Made by a program: the position numbers and the translations under genes. From a virus, in the IMG/VR virus record IMGVR_UViG_3300035698_016806, positions 1 to 64,000 of that record: DNA of 64,000 bases. One strand, written 5' to 3'. Below, one piece after another: positions 28,621 to 38,361 of this stretch (its first letter is position 1; each line of letters begins with the position of its first letter). The notes below the pieces were generated by a model, which was given only the letters and a program-made list of their open reading frames with translations, searched no databases and had not been told where the DNA came from.

Positions 28621-28947
28621 TTACCGGCTCATTATATAAGCAATTAATGATGTTCCAGTTTCAATTATTTTTGCCACACCTGTCCAATTTCCTTGATCCG
28701 CTTTCCATGTCAAATCAAGATAATCCCCTTTCATTTGGAGATTTGACAGAGCATGGGATATTCCATTACCGCCCAGCAGAAACACCCGGAATTCACCATC
28801 TTCCTTTTGTTTGAATACAAGCCTGTTTTTGTTATCGCACATACAGGACACCAGATCAAACACAACCTCCTTTGCATCTTGTTTGATTGGGCTGAGATCC
28901 GGTTTTATGCCTTTATTTCTATCTTTCCTAAGATCTTCCCATTTCAT
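28621..28947 (-). CDS. Hypothetical protein
   Basis: 108-aa ORF. Confidence 0.6.
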   Translation of the reverse strand: MKWEDLRKDRNKGIKPDLSPIKQDAKEVVFDLVSCMCDNKNRLVFKQKEDGEFRVFLLGGNGISHALSNLQMKGDYLDLTWKADQGNWTGVAKIIETGTSLIAYIMSR

Positions 28948-29228
28948 TATTCTTCCCCCAGTCTCATGTAGATATGTTCCCTTACAATTTCAGGGAGATC
29001 ATCAATGCCTATTTTAGTTCCCAAGTGGTGATTACTACCATTCGGATTAAACGAACATGTTCTAAATTGGCTGAACCCTTGTGGACTATTAGGATCATCA
29101 CTTAATCCCAAAGCATCGTGAAACCTTCTCCCAGATACAGCAGATACGGAAACATCATCAAAAACAACTGTGTATCTATCAAAAGATTCTCCATCATTAT
29201 CAAATACACCTAATATTTTTATAGCCAT
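28947..29228 (-). CDS. Hypothetical phage protein
   Basis: DNDGESFDRYTVVF...PQGFSQ; GGAGG RBS. Confidence 0.65.
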   Translation of the reverse strand: MAIKILGVFDNDGESFDRYTVVFDDVSVSAVSGRRFHDALGLSDDPNSPQGFSQFRTCSFNPNGSNHHLGTKIGIDDLPEIVREHIYMRLGEE

Positions 29229-29653
29229 TTGTTGACCTCCTTCCAGGCAGATACCATCACACATCCCCCGTCTAATGGGTACGTGGTAAATGTTGAATAT
29301 CTAACATTACTGTAATCAAGACCAGATATTTGCACCAAGTTATTCAGCCAGGTTTGTGGAAGGGCTGTATCAAAAGGACAGACAATCCCTATATCTTCTG
29401 CCAGTTTATCTTTCTGAAGATCCATTTCCAGAAGTTCTTCCCATGTATATTCTTTATAATTCATTATGTATTCATTATGTATTCTCCTGTGGGCACGGCA
29501 AGATGCTTTACCCAATTCTATTATTTTATCCAAATTATCAGGATACCAAGAATTTTCAATGGATTCCACGGACATATCATTTATCTTTCCTACATACATA
29601 TCACATTTGCACATAAGAAAGTGAATCAGGATTGCTTTTTCGTGGTCTGTCAT
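29219..29653 (-). CDS. Hypothetical protein
   Basis: 144-aa ORF with RBS. Confidence 0.55.
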   Translation of the reverse strand: MTDHEKAILIHFLMCKCDMYVGKINDMSVESIENSWYPDNLDKIIELGKASCRAHRRIHNEYIMNYKEYTWEELLEMDLQKDKLAEDIGIVCPFDTALPQTWLNNLVQISGLDYSNVRYSTFTTYPLDGGCVMVSAWKEVNKWL

Positions 29654-29656
29654 TAT

Positions 29657-30201
29657 TTACCGTCCTCCTATATTTTCTTTTACCCATTTATGTGCTGGAC
29701 TATTGAGATCACTTTTATCCCAATCAACACACTGCTCTCCAGCTAATCTGGCACAAACAGCATTTCCAAATTCCCTATATTGCCCGAGACTTTTAACTTT
29801 CATATCTACTTTTATCTGTGATATCCATTTATTGCTATTTTATTCCAATAAACTCCTTTAACTCCAGAAATATTATTTTTTGGGTTTCCCCTATTTCTTC
29901 CGTTATACTTAGTATTGGTTTCTCTAAGATTATCAATCCAATTATGGTATCTGACTTGATCTTTATGGTCAATATCCCCTTCAGGCCATTTACCATGAAC
30001 ATAAAGCCAAGCAAGTCTATGTGCTTGATAGGATTTCCCATTTATTTTTATTCTGACATAAGAAAATTGAGTATATTTAAGAATACCACCAATTTTAGAT
30101 CTACTTTTCGGGCGTACTACTTTCCATCTAAATAGTCCTGTAAATGAATTATAAGATAATTGACGATGTAATTCTGCATAGGTAAGTTTGGATTCTTTCA
30201 T
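29657..30201 (-). pseudogene. HNH-AP2 homing endonuclease frameshifted at the start of the AP2 domain
   Basis: AHRLAW...IDHKDQVRYHNWIDNLR; one A is missing at ~29838; the -1 frame continues KWISQI...NAVCARLAGEQC to a stop at 29657. Confidence 0.75.
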
Positions 30202-30322
30202 GATAACCCCCGTTTAAGGTTACGTTATAAGATATGTGGAAGACAAGTAACGTGCTTGCTTTTCGGGTTGCATTCCCTATCCACATAAATAGTATACTAA
30301 ATTATAACGGGGATTACAATAA

Positions 30323-30571
30323 CTATTCTGACTCACATTTACCACATAAATAATCAGGTCCGTAAGCATCGCCAACATAGTTCCCATGAGGGCAGATATC
30401 GCCTGGAGTATTTCTCCATCCCTGTGGGTACTGCTCTTTGAATTCATTTTCACATTCTTGGCACATGAGTCTTTCCCCATTAACTCCAGTAGTTCCACAT
30501 TTGGATTTAATCTCTTTTGTCTGCCATCCAGCGTGAACCCATTGACTTACAAAATTTTTACATCTTGGCAT
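30323..30571 (-). CDS. Cys-rich hypothetical protein
   Basis: YPQGWR...PGDICPHG...CGKCE. Confidence 0.6.
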   Translation of the reverse strand: MPRCKNFVSQWVHAGWQTKEIKSKCGTTGVNGERLMCQECENEFKEQYPQGWRNTPGDICPHGNYVGDAYGPDYLCGKCESE

Positions 30572-30582
30572 TTTCTCTCTCC

Positions 30583-30846
30583 CTAATCAAACATGGTTAA
30601 TTCAGGATCAGAATCTTCACCCCATCTGGCATTTAAATTCTGCTCTATCCAAACGTCAGCGGATTCCTTCATGGACTTCATCATTTTTGGAAGTGATCCG
30701 CCATTATCGGCATAAAGATCTTCCCAATCAGACGAATCACTACACTCAACAATGGAATCATACCCCTTGTTATAATTCTTTTCTGCAAAATCTTTGCATT
30801 GCTGGATAATTTCTTCTTTAGTCATTTCATTCTCCTCTTTTACCAT
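30583..30846 (-). CDS. Hypothetical protein
   Basis: ORF in the early-gene run. Confidence 0.55.
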   Translation of the reverse strand: MVKEENEMTKEEIIQQCKDFAEKNYNKGYDSIVECSDSSDWEDLYADNGGSLPKMMKSMKESADVWIEQNLNARWGEDSDPELTMFD

Positions 30847-31039
30847 AAATCATTTCAGCCCCAAATTTTCTGGCTTCCATTACATCATTATATTCCACTA
30901 TTAATTCATCCCTGTATACTTCAAGATCAGCATAGGACATGGCATCAAGACTTTCAAAGGGTGTATAATTACCATTGATCTTCTCGATTAGCATTTGAAT
31001 GGTAACGATGATGGACATTTTAACTACTGGATTTGTCAT
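30827..31039 (-). CDS. Hypothetical protein
   Basis: ORF with AAGGAG RBS. Confidence 0.55.
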   Translation of the reverse strand: MTNPVVKMSIIVTIQMLIEKINGNYTPFESLDAMSYADLEVYRDELIVEYNDVMEARKFGAEMIYGKRGE

Positions 31040-31111
31040 TTTTATTTTCTCCTTTTAATAGATTAATACCTTAATAGACAGCATCTCCCAATTATGCCGT
31101 CAGTTAAAGAA

Positions 31112-31327
31112 TTATTTCTTAGGTGCTTCTTCTGCCAATTGCAATCCGATTTGAATTCCCTTCAATACCATATATGCTTCACGGGTAGTGATGCCACAAT
31201 TATAACACTCATCTTGTTTGGCATTATCAATGGCATAGGCATCGTTTCTATGACAGACATGGACAATTTTGTTTGGTGTGTTCAGAGTCTTGGTTAAACG
31301 CTCAACCATTTTTTGATTAATTCTCAT
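31112..31327 (-). CDS. Hypothetical protein
   Basis: ORF with GGAGG RBS. Confidence 0.55.
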   Translation of the reverse strand: MRINQKMVERLTKTLNTPNKIVHVCHRNDAYAIDNAKQDECYNCGITTREAYMVLKGIQIGLQLAEEAPKK

Positions 31328-31336
31328 TTTGACCTC

Positions 31337-31615
31337 CTAATACAGTTGGCTTGCATTAAGTTGGCAATACAAAGGACGAGTCCAACCACTTCCTTTAACA
31401 GATATCCACAATTTCCCATATCCGTTACATAATAGACAAGGTGCATCATCACCATGTATTGCGCCCATCCCTTTGCAGTTTGGGCATTTTCCCTGCTTTG
31501 CTTTTTCTGCCTTTTCCTTGGATTTATTATACACCATTACCATATTATTTGACCTCCTATGTATTCCAAACATTAATAGTATGCCCAACTTCTCTGTTTT
31601 CGTATTCCCATCCAA
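31337..31615 (-). CDS. CxxCxGxG zinc-finger protein (true start probably ~31543)
   Basis: CPNCKGMG...CLLCNGYG. Confidence 0.55.
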   Translation of the reverse strand: MDGNTKTEKLGILLMFGIHRRSNNMVMVYNKSKEKAEKAKQGKCPNCKGMGAIHGDDAPCLLCNGYGKLWISVKGSGWTRPLYCQLNASQLY

Positions 31616-31847
31616 TTATGTTGGTTCCTGCACCGGATTGTATTTTTTTCTTTAGGGTAAATTTAACCTTGCGATTTGTCCATTGAGATACAATACCAAG
31701 TTTATCGAATACTTTTCCTGGTGGAATACCCAAGGTGCTGGCATCCTGGGAAAACGATTTCTTTTTCTTATCAAACAGAAATTGGTCGGTATTGAATACG
31801 TTTTTGCCATTATAGAATTTCATGATCTCACAGCCCCGTTTATCCAT
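31557..31847 (-). CDS. Hypothetical protein
   Basis: ORF in the early-gene run. Confidence 0.5.
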   Translation of the reverse strand: MDKRGCEIMKFYNGKNVFNTDQFLFDKKKKSFSQDASTLGIPPGKVFDKLGIVSQWTNRKVKFTLKKKIQSGAGTNIIGWEYENREVGHTINVWNT

Positions 31848-32065
31848 AATCCGATACCAATAAATATTCCAGCATACATGATACAGTTTCCAAAATGAAC
31901 AAGAGAATCACCAAGCACGATTATAGATTGCCCTAATATATCAATATTCATTTTAATTCTCCTTCAATTGTCGGATCTCTTCCTGAATTGCCATTATAAC
32001 CCATTCTCGTTCTTCAGTTTCAAGAACAGTTTCCAACGCCTTCAAGTGATCTCGTTTTCTTCTGC

Positions 32066-32476
32066 TCATGTTTTCATCTCCTTTCCATGGGCAGGTTTGC
32101 CCCAAGGTCTCAGAGTACCTTTCCAGAAATGGTTTGAATTGAACAGATTGCCTTCCCGTATATATTTGGGCATTTGCTCCCATTTACTTACATAAACCAC
32201 CCTTCCAGCCCTGTTGGTGTAGAAGTGTTTCCACTCCACCAATTCGGTTTGGATCTGATTAAACAAAGTATCAGAAATTCCAGAGATTTCCCCCTTGTAA
32301 TAAGATGACAATCTTTTATAGGAATTGGTTTCATAAACCTTGGTAGATTTATTGGCTACAAATTCATTGCAGGACATTTCAAATAGTCTGGCATGTCGAT
32401 AGGAATCCAGCAACATAGCTTTGGATATCTGGAAGTGATTGTATTGGGTTGTTGCCCATTTTGATGATGGCATCAT
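32066..32476 (-). CDS. Hypothetical protein
   Basis: 136-aa ORF; RBS ACCGTAGGAGG. Confidence 0.65.
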   Translation of the reverse strand: MMPSSKWATTQYNHFQISKAMLLDSYRHARLFEMSCNEFVANKSTKVYETNSYKRLSSYYKGEISGISDTLFNQIQTELVEWKHFYTNRAGRVVYVSKWEQMPKYIREGNLFNSNHFWKGTLRPWGKPAHGKEMKT

Positions 32477-32510
32477 AACCTCCTACGGTTTTATAAAAAT
32501 TATCTGTAAA

Positions 32511-32539
32511 ATTGTATTACAAAAGTATCAATATGTCAA
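32511..32539 (-). promoter_or_regulatory. sigma70-type promoter
   Basis: TTGACA-17 bp-TACAAT. Confidence 0.7.
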
Positions 32540-32632
32540 AAATACACGCTTTAATTCTTTGTTTAAGACTGTTTTGACAATTAAACACAGTATCGTATCA
32601 AAACAAGCTTAAATGAGCTTAAATGAGTTATT

Positions 32633-32926
32633 TTAAAATTTACCAGAACAGATCTCATCTAATGCCCGCAAGACCAGCAATTTGAAATCTTTTGCCTTGA
32701 TTTCATAATATTCTGCTCCTGCTTCTCCACCATCACTAAGCAGGCAATTCCAAACAAAACCTTCCCAATCAGGTTGGGGCTGGATAAGAATCAATGCCTT
32801 TGTTTCATCCAAGATTTTTTTCCAATCCACTTTCTTTTCCTGTACTTCAATTAATATGACCCTATTGTATGGGTCATTATGGAGCGAACATGCTCCTTTT
32901 TCTAAGGTATTCCAATAGTCTTCCAT
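32633..32926 (-). CDS. Hypothetical protein
   Basis: ORF with AAGGAGG RBS. Confidence 0.6.
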   Translation of the reverse strand: MEDYWNTLEKGACSLHNDPYNRVILIEVQEKKVDWKKILDETKALILIQPQPDWEGFVWNCLLSDGGEAGAEYYEIKAKDFKLLVLRALDEICSGKF

Positions 32927-33306
32927 GATAAACCTCCTTTTGTGGTTAATTGCAATTAAGACCTAATTAAGACCTTATGTGGGAACACTTCCCATAATGT
33001 TCCCTGATAATGAATTAATTATAGTTTATTTAATATTTTTATCGGGATATCAATTTTATTAACTTTTACAGGTTCAGGGTACCATTCTTTTGTGGATTTC
33101 TGAACCGCTTTCCCTGCTGTACTTCCATCATATCCGGTATGAATAGATGCGTAAAAACTTCCATTTTCAATTGTTTTGTGATCCTACCGTATGCCACAAA
33201 ATCTCTACCCTCTTGTTTAATGTAATCACCGATTTCCATTTTGAATCTCCGTTTTTCTGTGTTTGTAAAAGGAGTTTCCTACGGTGTAGGAAACCCCATC
33301 CCTTTC

Positions 33307-34218
33307 CTATGCTGCAATCAGGAGCTTGTCAAATATATTCGACACTTTGATACCGTTTTCAATTTTGACAGACTCCGTGGAATCCGAATCTGTGATCCGT
33401 TGGGTGAATGAGTTGTAGAAGTCCCACCCGGTCAAAGCGTTGGCATCAATCAGGGCTTTTACTGATTTGTTTTCACCCCTTAATGGAGTATTCAGGAGTT
33501 CATCCTGTACCCGTGGCCCAATTTCAAGTTGTTGGAAGATCGTGTCAATATCAGGAGCCTTCAGGCTTTTCTGGGCATATTGTGACCACAGCCCTACTGA
33601 TTCAATATCATTTTCAATGGATTCAATATATTTCTGGACTTCCGCATCCAGATCCAGAGATCCTTTATGCAATTTCCGGGTATTGAGAGCTGTAAATCTG
33701 TTATCTGGACGCATCATACCGTTGGAGCATACAAGTCTCCACAAGGCTGAATTGATCAGCAATCTTACCGTGGCATCGGCAGAATTTTTTATGAAAGTTC
33801 TTGGGTATACATCATCCCCAGGTTTGATTGTAATGGGTTTATTGCTCTTGAAATATGCAACACAATTTCCACCATCATGGGAAGTGTGGATGTCAATGTT
33901 CCCCAGTTCATACAATTCAGGAAGGCTATCAAACAGCTTCCAGACGGCTTCGTTGTGCTGGACAACCTGATATTGTTTGGATACAGTCTTCAGTCCTTCA
34001 ACCCTTCCATCCGGGTGTAATGCAATATTGAACATTCCACTTGCCTGAAAAAGCCCATCTTCATCCTGTCCGAATTTTTCCAAAATTGAAGTATCCACAT
34101 CACCAAAGTCAAACAAAGGGCGGCCCTGAATTATTGTAGGCACCTTGTCAAGCCCAGTAACCTTTACATTCAATTTGTCTGCTTTTTCCATTATCTGTTC
34201 GTTAATAATGTTTTCCAT
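33307..34218 (-). CDS. DUF932-like phage/plasmid early protein
   Basis: VSKQYQVVQHNEA...NSADAT...WRLVCSNGMM...H. Confidence 0.7.
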   Translation of the reverse strand: MENIINEQIMEKADKLNVKVTGLDKVPTIIQGRPLFDFGDVDTSILEKFGQDEDGLFQASGMFNIALHPDGRVEGLKTVSKQYQVVQHNEAVWKLFDSLPELYELGNIDIHTSHDGGNCVAYFKSNKPITIKPGDDVYPRTFIKNSADATVRLLINSALWRLVCSNGMMRPDNRFTALNTRKLHKGSLDLDAEVQKYIESIENDIESVGLWSQYAQKSLKAPDIDTIFQQLEIGPRVQDELLNTPLRGENKSVKALIDANALTGWDFYNSFTQRITDSDSTESVKIENGIKVSNIFDKLLIAA

Positions 34219-34291
34219 GTCGTACCTCCTACGGTATTAAATGATTGTATGATTAGGTTTCCTACACCGTAGGAAACCTGTTTAGTAATTG

Positions 34292-34813
34292 TTATTCGGC
34301 TTCATTCAAAATTGCCCAGACTTTTTTGCAATACCAGATTGAACCTGCATCCCCGGACGGGATATCTCCCTTGGAACCACTATTTAACCAATCACAATAC
34401 CTTGCAATTGTACCCTCTTTTTTCCGGGAATTTCCATCAAGCGCATTTATAACACATCCGATTGAAGACACGAAAGATTTTGCTGATCCTTTGAATCCAT
34501 TTTGGAGTAGTTCATCAACAATTTCTTTTCTGTCAGTCCCAGCCGTAATTTGTGCTATAACAAGGCTGAATGGTCTTTCAATTTTTGTTCCTGAAGCCTT
34601 TTTAGTTTTGGCTTTCGGCACAGGGGCAGTTTTTACCATGCAGATTGCCCCAACATTCGGTTGGGATTTTTTGCAAGCAACACATTTTTCTGCTTCTGCA
34701 ACATGGCTTCCAACACATTTTTTCACAGTGGTAGCTGTTACCAATTTTCCATCAATTTCTGCCTGAATGGACACCTTTGCCCGAGCGTTTGTTTTCTTGA
34801 TCACTTTTGCCAT
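34292..34813 (-). CDS. Hypothetical basic protein
   Basis: ORF with GGGAG RBS. Confidence 0.65.
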   Translation of the reverse strand: MAKVIKKTNARAKVSIQAEIDGKLVTATTVKKCVGSHVAEAEKCVACKKSQPNVGAICMVKTAPVPKAKTKKASGTKIERPFSLVIAQITAGTDRKEIVDELLQNGFKGSAKSFVSSIGCVINALDGNSRKKEGTIARYCDWLNSGSKGDIPSGDAGSIWYCKKVWAILNEAE

Positions 34814-34906
34814 TTTTAAATCTCCCTGTTTGTGGGTTAAGGTTGCACACGCCGTGTGCAACCATATTATTCAATTCAGTTTCCTACGGTGTAGTAAACC
34901 CCTTTT

Positions 34907-35602
34907 CTATGCGGCATCCCCTATTGCAAAATTCAAAGGTGCCGATTTTCCAGCCGCTTTCCCAGCATCCCATGTCTTTTTATCTGATGGCATGTCTGTT
35001 TTTGATCTTCTCCCAGCCCTTAAATTGGGATACATCTCTTCCATTGCCTCCTGAATCTCTTTTTCTTTCACGACAACCAAGGCAGTACACCCTTCTTGTG
35101 CATGGATAGTTTCATCCATTTGAGATTTCAATTCCCATGCCCTTTCCCAGATAATGGAAGCCGCCACATTTCCGAATTGATTCCGTTTTCCACTATAGGT
35201 TTTCTGGGGGAAGAATTTCCATGCCTCTTTTTCGATATGTGCCGTGACAACATCAATGAAGTACAAGGTTGTCTCCACATCACTGAAAGTCCCAATAACC
35301 TCCCATTCTGTGTAGTCATAGAATTTTCTGAATATCACTTTAGTATCAAAGGTGGCACAAAATGTGCTGACCACGCTGGATACCCATTGTGGACGTTTTG
35401 TCCCATCCTTGTAAAATTTGAAAGTATCTGCAATGAAGTTATCCGTTTCCAGATCCACTTCAGTTTCTTGGATACGGTATTTTGCCATAAGCATTGCCGC
35501 ATGGCGTTTGAAGGTATCCCCTTCTGGAGTCCCTTCTTGATCTTTCGCTTGACAAAGAATTTTACTGATTTTGTCGATGATTTTCTGCTTGTCCTCATTC
35601 AT
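34907..35602 (-). CDS. DUF2786-like protein
   Basis: KIIDKISKIL...TPEGDTFKRHAAMLMAKYRI; C-terminal AGKAAG. Confidence 0.7.
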   Translation of the reverse strand: MNEDKQKIIDKISKILCQAKDQEGTPEGDTFKRHAAMLMAKYRIQETEVDLETDNFIADTFKFYKDGTKRPQWVSSVVSTFCATFDTKVIFRKFYDYTEWEVIGTFSDVETTLYFIDVVTAHIEKEAWKFFPQKTYSGKRNQFGNVAASIIWERAWELKSQMDETIHAQEGCTALVVVKEKEIQEAMEEMYPNLRAGRRSKTDMPSDKKTWDAGKAAGKSAPLNFAIGDAA

Positions 35603-36076
35603 TTAAAACCTCCTACGGTTTGTTTTGAAATTAACTTCATGTTAGGTTTCATGTTAGGTTCATGTTAGGTTTACTACGGTGTAGGAAACCCTTTTAAATC
35701 CCATTTTGCTTGCACCAGATTTTTTCAATATTCATAGTTCCATAGGTATTGAATTCATACATCAATCCCCTTCCATTTACATACCAATTCCATTCTTTTT
35801 CAGGATAGGAGTGATTTCCTAACTCGAAATTGTCTTCAGACAGCCATGATATCCACATATAGAACATTTTAACCCCCTTTTATTTGAATTTCACCCTTCA
35901 TCATTTTTCCGGGCTTAGGACCGGCTTTGGCTGATTTAATGAGGGGGAATTCCACCCCCTTTTTTTCTAAAGTCAATTATAGCCCATTTTTCTTAACAGG
36001 GCGCATTTTTGATCCTCCTTTTATGTCTTCCAATTTTAGCGTGAATATCTCAGTTCCTAATATCACCCCCTTTTAT

Positions 36077-36373
36077 TTAGAAATAATATACCCGGCTCCG
36101 GTCCGTATCTACAAACCTATCCGCATATTTTTCCAAAACATGACCCTTTTTATCCGTGTTCATCCCAACAGAAATTCCATCCCTGCTTTTTGCCATTTGA
36201 AGGTGATCCAAATATCCAAGTCCATTATAGTTTCCAGTTTCCATCAATACATATTCCAAAAGCATACTTTGGGCAGTTCTTTGATCAATCAATTTATCCT
36301 GCGAATTTAGATTATAATCATTGACCTTTTTCCGCAGATCTTCAACCTTAAATGTTTTTCGACTTTTAGCCAT
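36077..36373 (-). CDS. Hypothetical phage protein
   Basis: RKTFKVEDL...LLEYVLMETGNYNG; RBS. Confidence 0.65.
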   Translation of the reverse strand: MAKSRKTFKVEDLRKKVNDYNLNSQDKLIDQRTAQSMLLEYVLMETGNYNGLGYLDHLQMAKSRDGISVGMNTDKKGHVLEKYADRFVDTDRSRVYYF

Positions 36374-37506
36374 TTTTCGACTCCCTTTTATTTCGGTTTA
36401 CTACGGTGTAGGAAACCCATTTTATATTGTAGTTATAAATGCTTTTTTGATCTTAATCCGGTGAAATATTAGACGCCAGGAATACTTCACCGAACTCCAT
36501 GGATCTAAATCCTGAGATTCCTGAGTTTCAATAACCCTGTAATGATACCATTTCATTTTAACCCCCTTTTATTTAGTAACAAATCCACATTTTAATTTGA
36601 ATCGCAAGATATTTCGCACAAAAATTATAGAACCCCAGATCCTGATACAACAGGTTCATTCTTGATTCTTCCACATAGATTGCACCCATTGTTGCAAGCA
36701 TGATCACAAAACAACACAATACAAAATATTTACACATTTTTTTCTCCCTTTCCCGTTTCAGTTTCCTACACCGCAGGAAACCCATTTTTAACCCAATTTT
36801 AAAAACTTATGTCAAAGGGGATTTTTTCCTATTAATCCCCCTTCCCATAAATCTTTAATCATTTTGCCTTCTGGGGATATTTATCCATCAAAGCAATCCC
36901 TAATTCCATTTCTTCCTCCACGGATAACTCAATTTCTTTGAACTCTTCCTCCAATATCTCAATTACAGTCATTTCAACCCCCTTTTATTTCAATATGATC
37001 CATCTTTCAAATCCATGTTTACTACACCGTAGGAAACCCATTTTCTATTTTACGTTTTTGTAGGACCTTTCCGAGAAAAGCCCACTTTTCACCTCTTCAA
37101 TATCAACGGATACCAATTCTAAATCTACTGGTTCTCCATACAATTTCATAGTATATTTTTTGAACCCCTTGTTTGCCTTTTCTGAAGCTGAATCTTCTCC
37201 CTTTGCAGGATAGATAAAAGTACTGATAATACCACGCCCTGAAGGATCAACCCATTTTATTGATATACTGTAATTTTTCTCCCTTTCCCTTTTCAGTCCT
37301 ACCCCGTAGGAAACCCAAATTAATTCTTAATTTAAATTAATTTTTTTTAATCTACCTATCCGATTGAATTTTTCCTGTTTTCTCGGATATTTCTAGTATA
37401 TAAAAGTTTTTCTATCGATCCGAAAAACCTTTATATAATAAGGCAATATCAAAAACGTATCCTTGCTATTGCCTTATATCCTTAAACTCCCGTATCAAGC
37501 TAATTT

Positions 37507-38112
37507 TTAGCCTTCTGTAGTTACTTCCGGCAACATATAACCCTTAATTCTTTTCGCAATCTCTAGCGGATCGCAATGTTTTCCTGCTCGCTCCAATGCT
37601 ACGACCAAAGCCTTTAAGATTTTTTCAGGGTCTGCTATAACTTCTTCATCTTCTTTACCTATCGCCAAAATTGCCTTTAAAATTCTTTGCGGATTAATTG
37701 ACAAACACCCGGTCCCTGAAAATTTTTCAACTACAACTGAACTATCAATATCAATCTCGAATAATTTCATACTCGCCGACACATCATTTTTTGACAAATT
37801 TAAATCTTTTAAGGCTTCAGTTCTTAACAAAGCACCTTGTTTTTGTGAATAATTCTTTTTAAAGTAAATCCCGATTTCTCCTACACTATGAAAAGCTTTA
37901 CACGTTGCAAGACTTGCTATTTTTCTGCCTTCCTTAATGAAAGTAAAACTATCAGTAAATTCTACTTTTGATTCAATAAAATTTTTAACCGTCAATTCTA
38001 TATCAAGATCCTTGACATCTTTCTTTGCAGTAGTTGTTACAACGTCGGCAATAGTCGAATCAGTCGAATCAGTTGAATCGGTTTTGTTTTCATTCTTGTT
38101 TGTAGTTGTCAT
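37507..38112 (-). CDS. Hypothetical protein, first gene of the leftward early region
   Basis: 201-aa ORF with AAGGGG RBS. Confidence 0.7.
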   Translation of the reverse strand: MTTTNKNENKTDSTDSTDSTIADVVTTTAKKDVKDLDIELTVKNFIESKVEFTDSFTFIKEGRKIASLATCKAFHSVGEIGIYFKKNYSQKQGALLRTEALKDLNLSKNDVSASMKLFEIDIDSSVVVEKFSGTGCLSINPQRILKAILAIGKEDEEVIADPEKILKALVVALERAGKHCDPLEIAKRIKGYMLPEVTTEG

Positions 38113-38305
38113 GTTTAGATCCCCTTAAATTAATGAATTAAAAAAGATTAAATAAGATTAAATAAGATTAAATAAGATTAAAAAAGATTAAAAATTAAAT
38201 TGTGCTTCCTACGTTATAGGAAACTCGTTTGTTTTCGCTTTATGAAAAAACTATTTTGTTTTCGCTTTATGAAAAAACTATTTTGTTTATGATTTTACCG
38301 TTTTT

Positions 38306-38361
38306 TCAAGGTTTCCCGTCAATCTTTTTTAATACTATTTTGATTGACGGGAAACCTTGAA
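38306..38361. terminator. Long perfect inverted repeat (20-bp arms)
   Basis: ttcaaggtttcccgtcaatc ... gattgacgggaaaccttgaa. Confidence 0.5.

Larger units (their letters stand above)
33274..38224. repeat. Dispersed intergenic 21-bp palindrome GTTTCCTAC-N3-GTAGGAAAC, nine copies
   Basis: Copies at 33274, 34257, 34879, 35669, 36396, 36761, 37017, 37294 and 38204. Confidence 0.92.

Noticed and set aside
33274-38224. 21-bp palindromic repeats as a CRISPR array
   Set aside because: Spacing is about 250-1000 bp with genes in between, not 30-40 nt spacers; no cas genes in the window.
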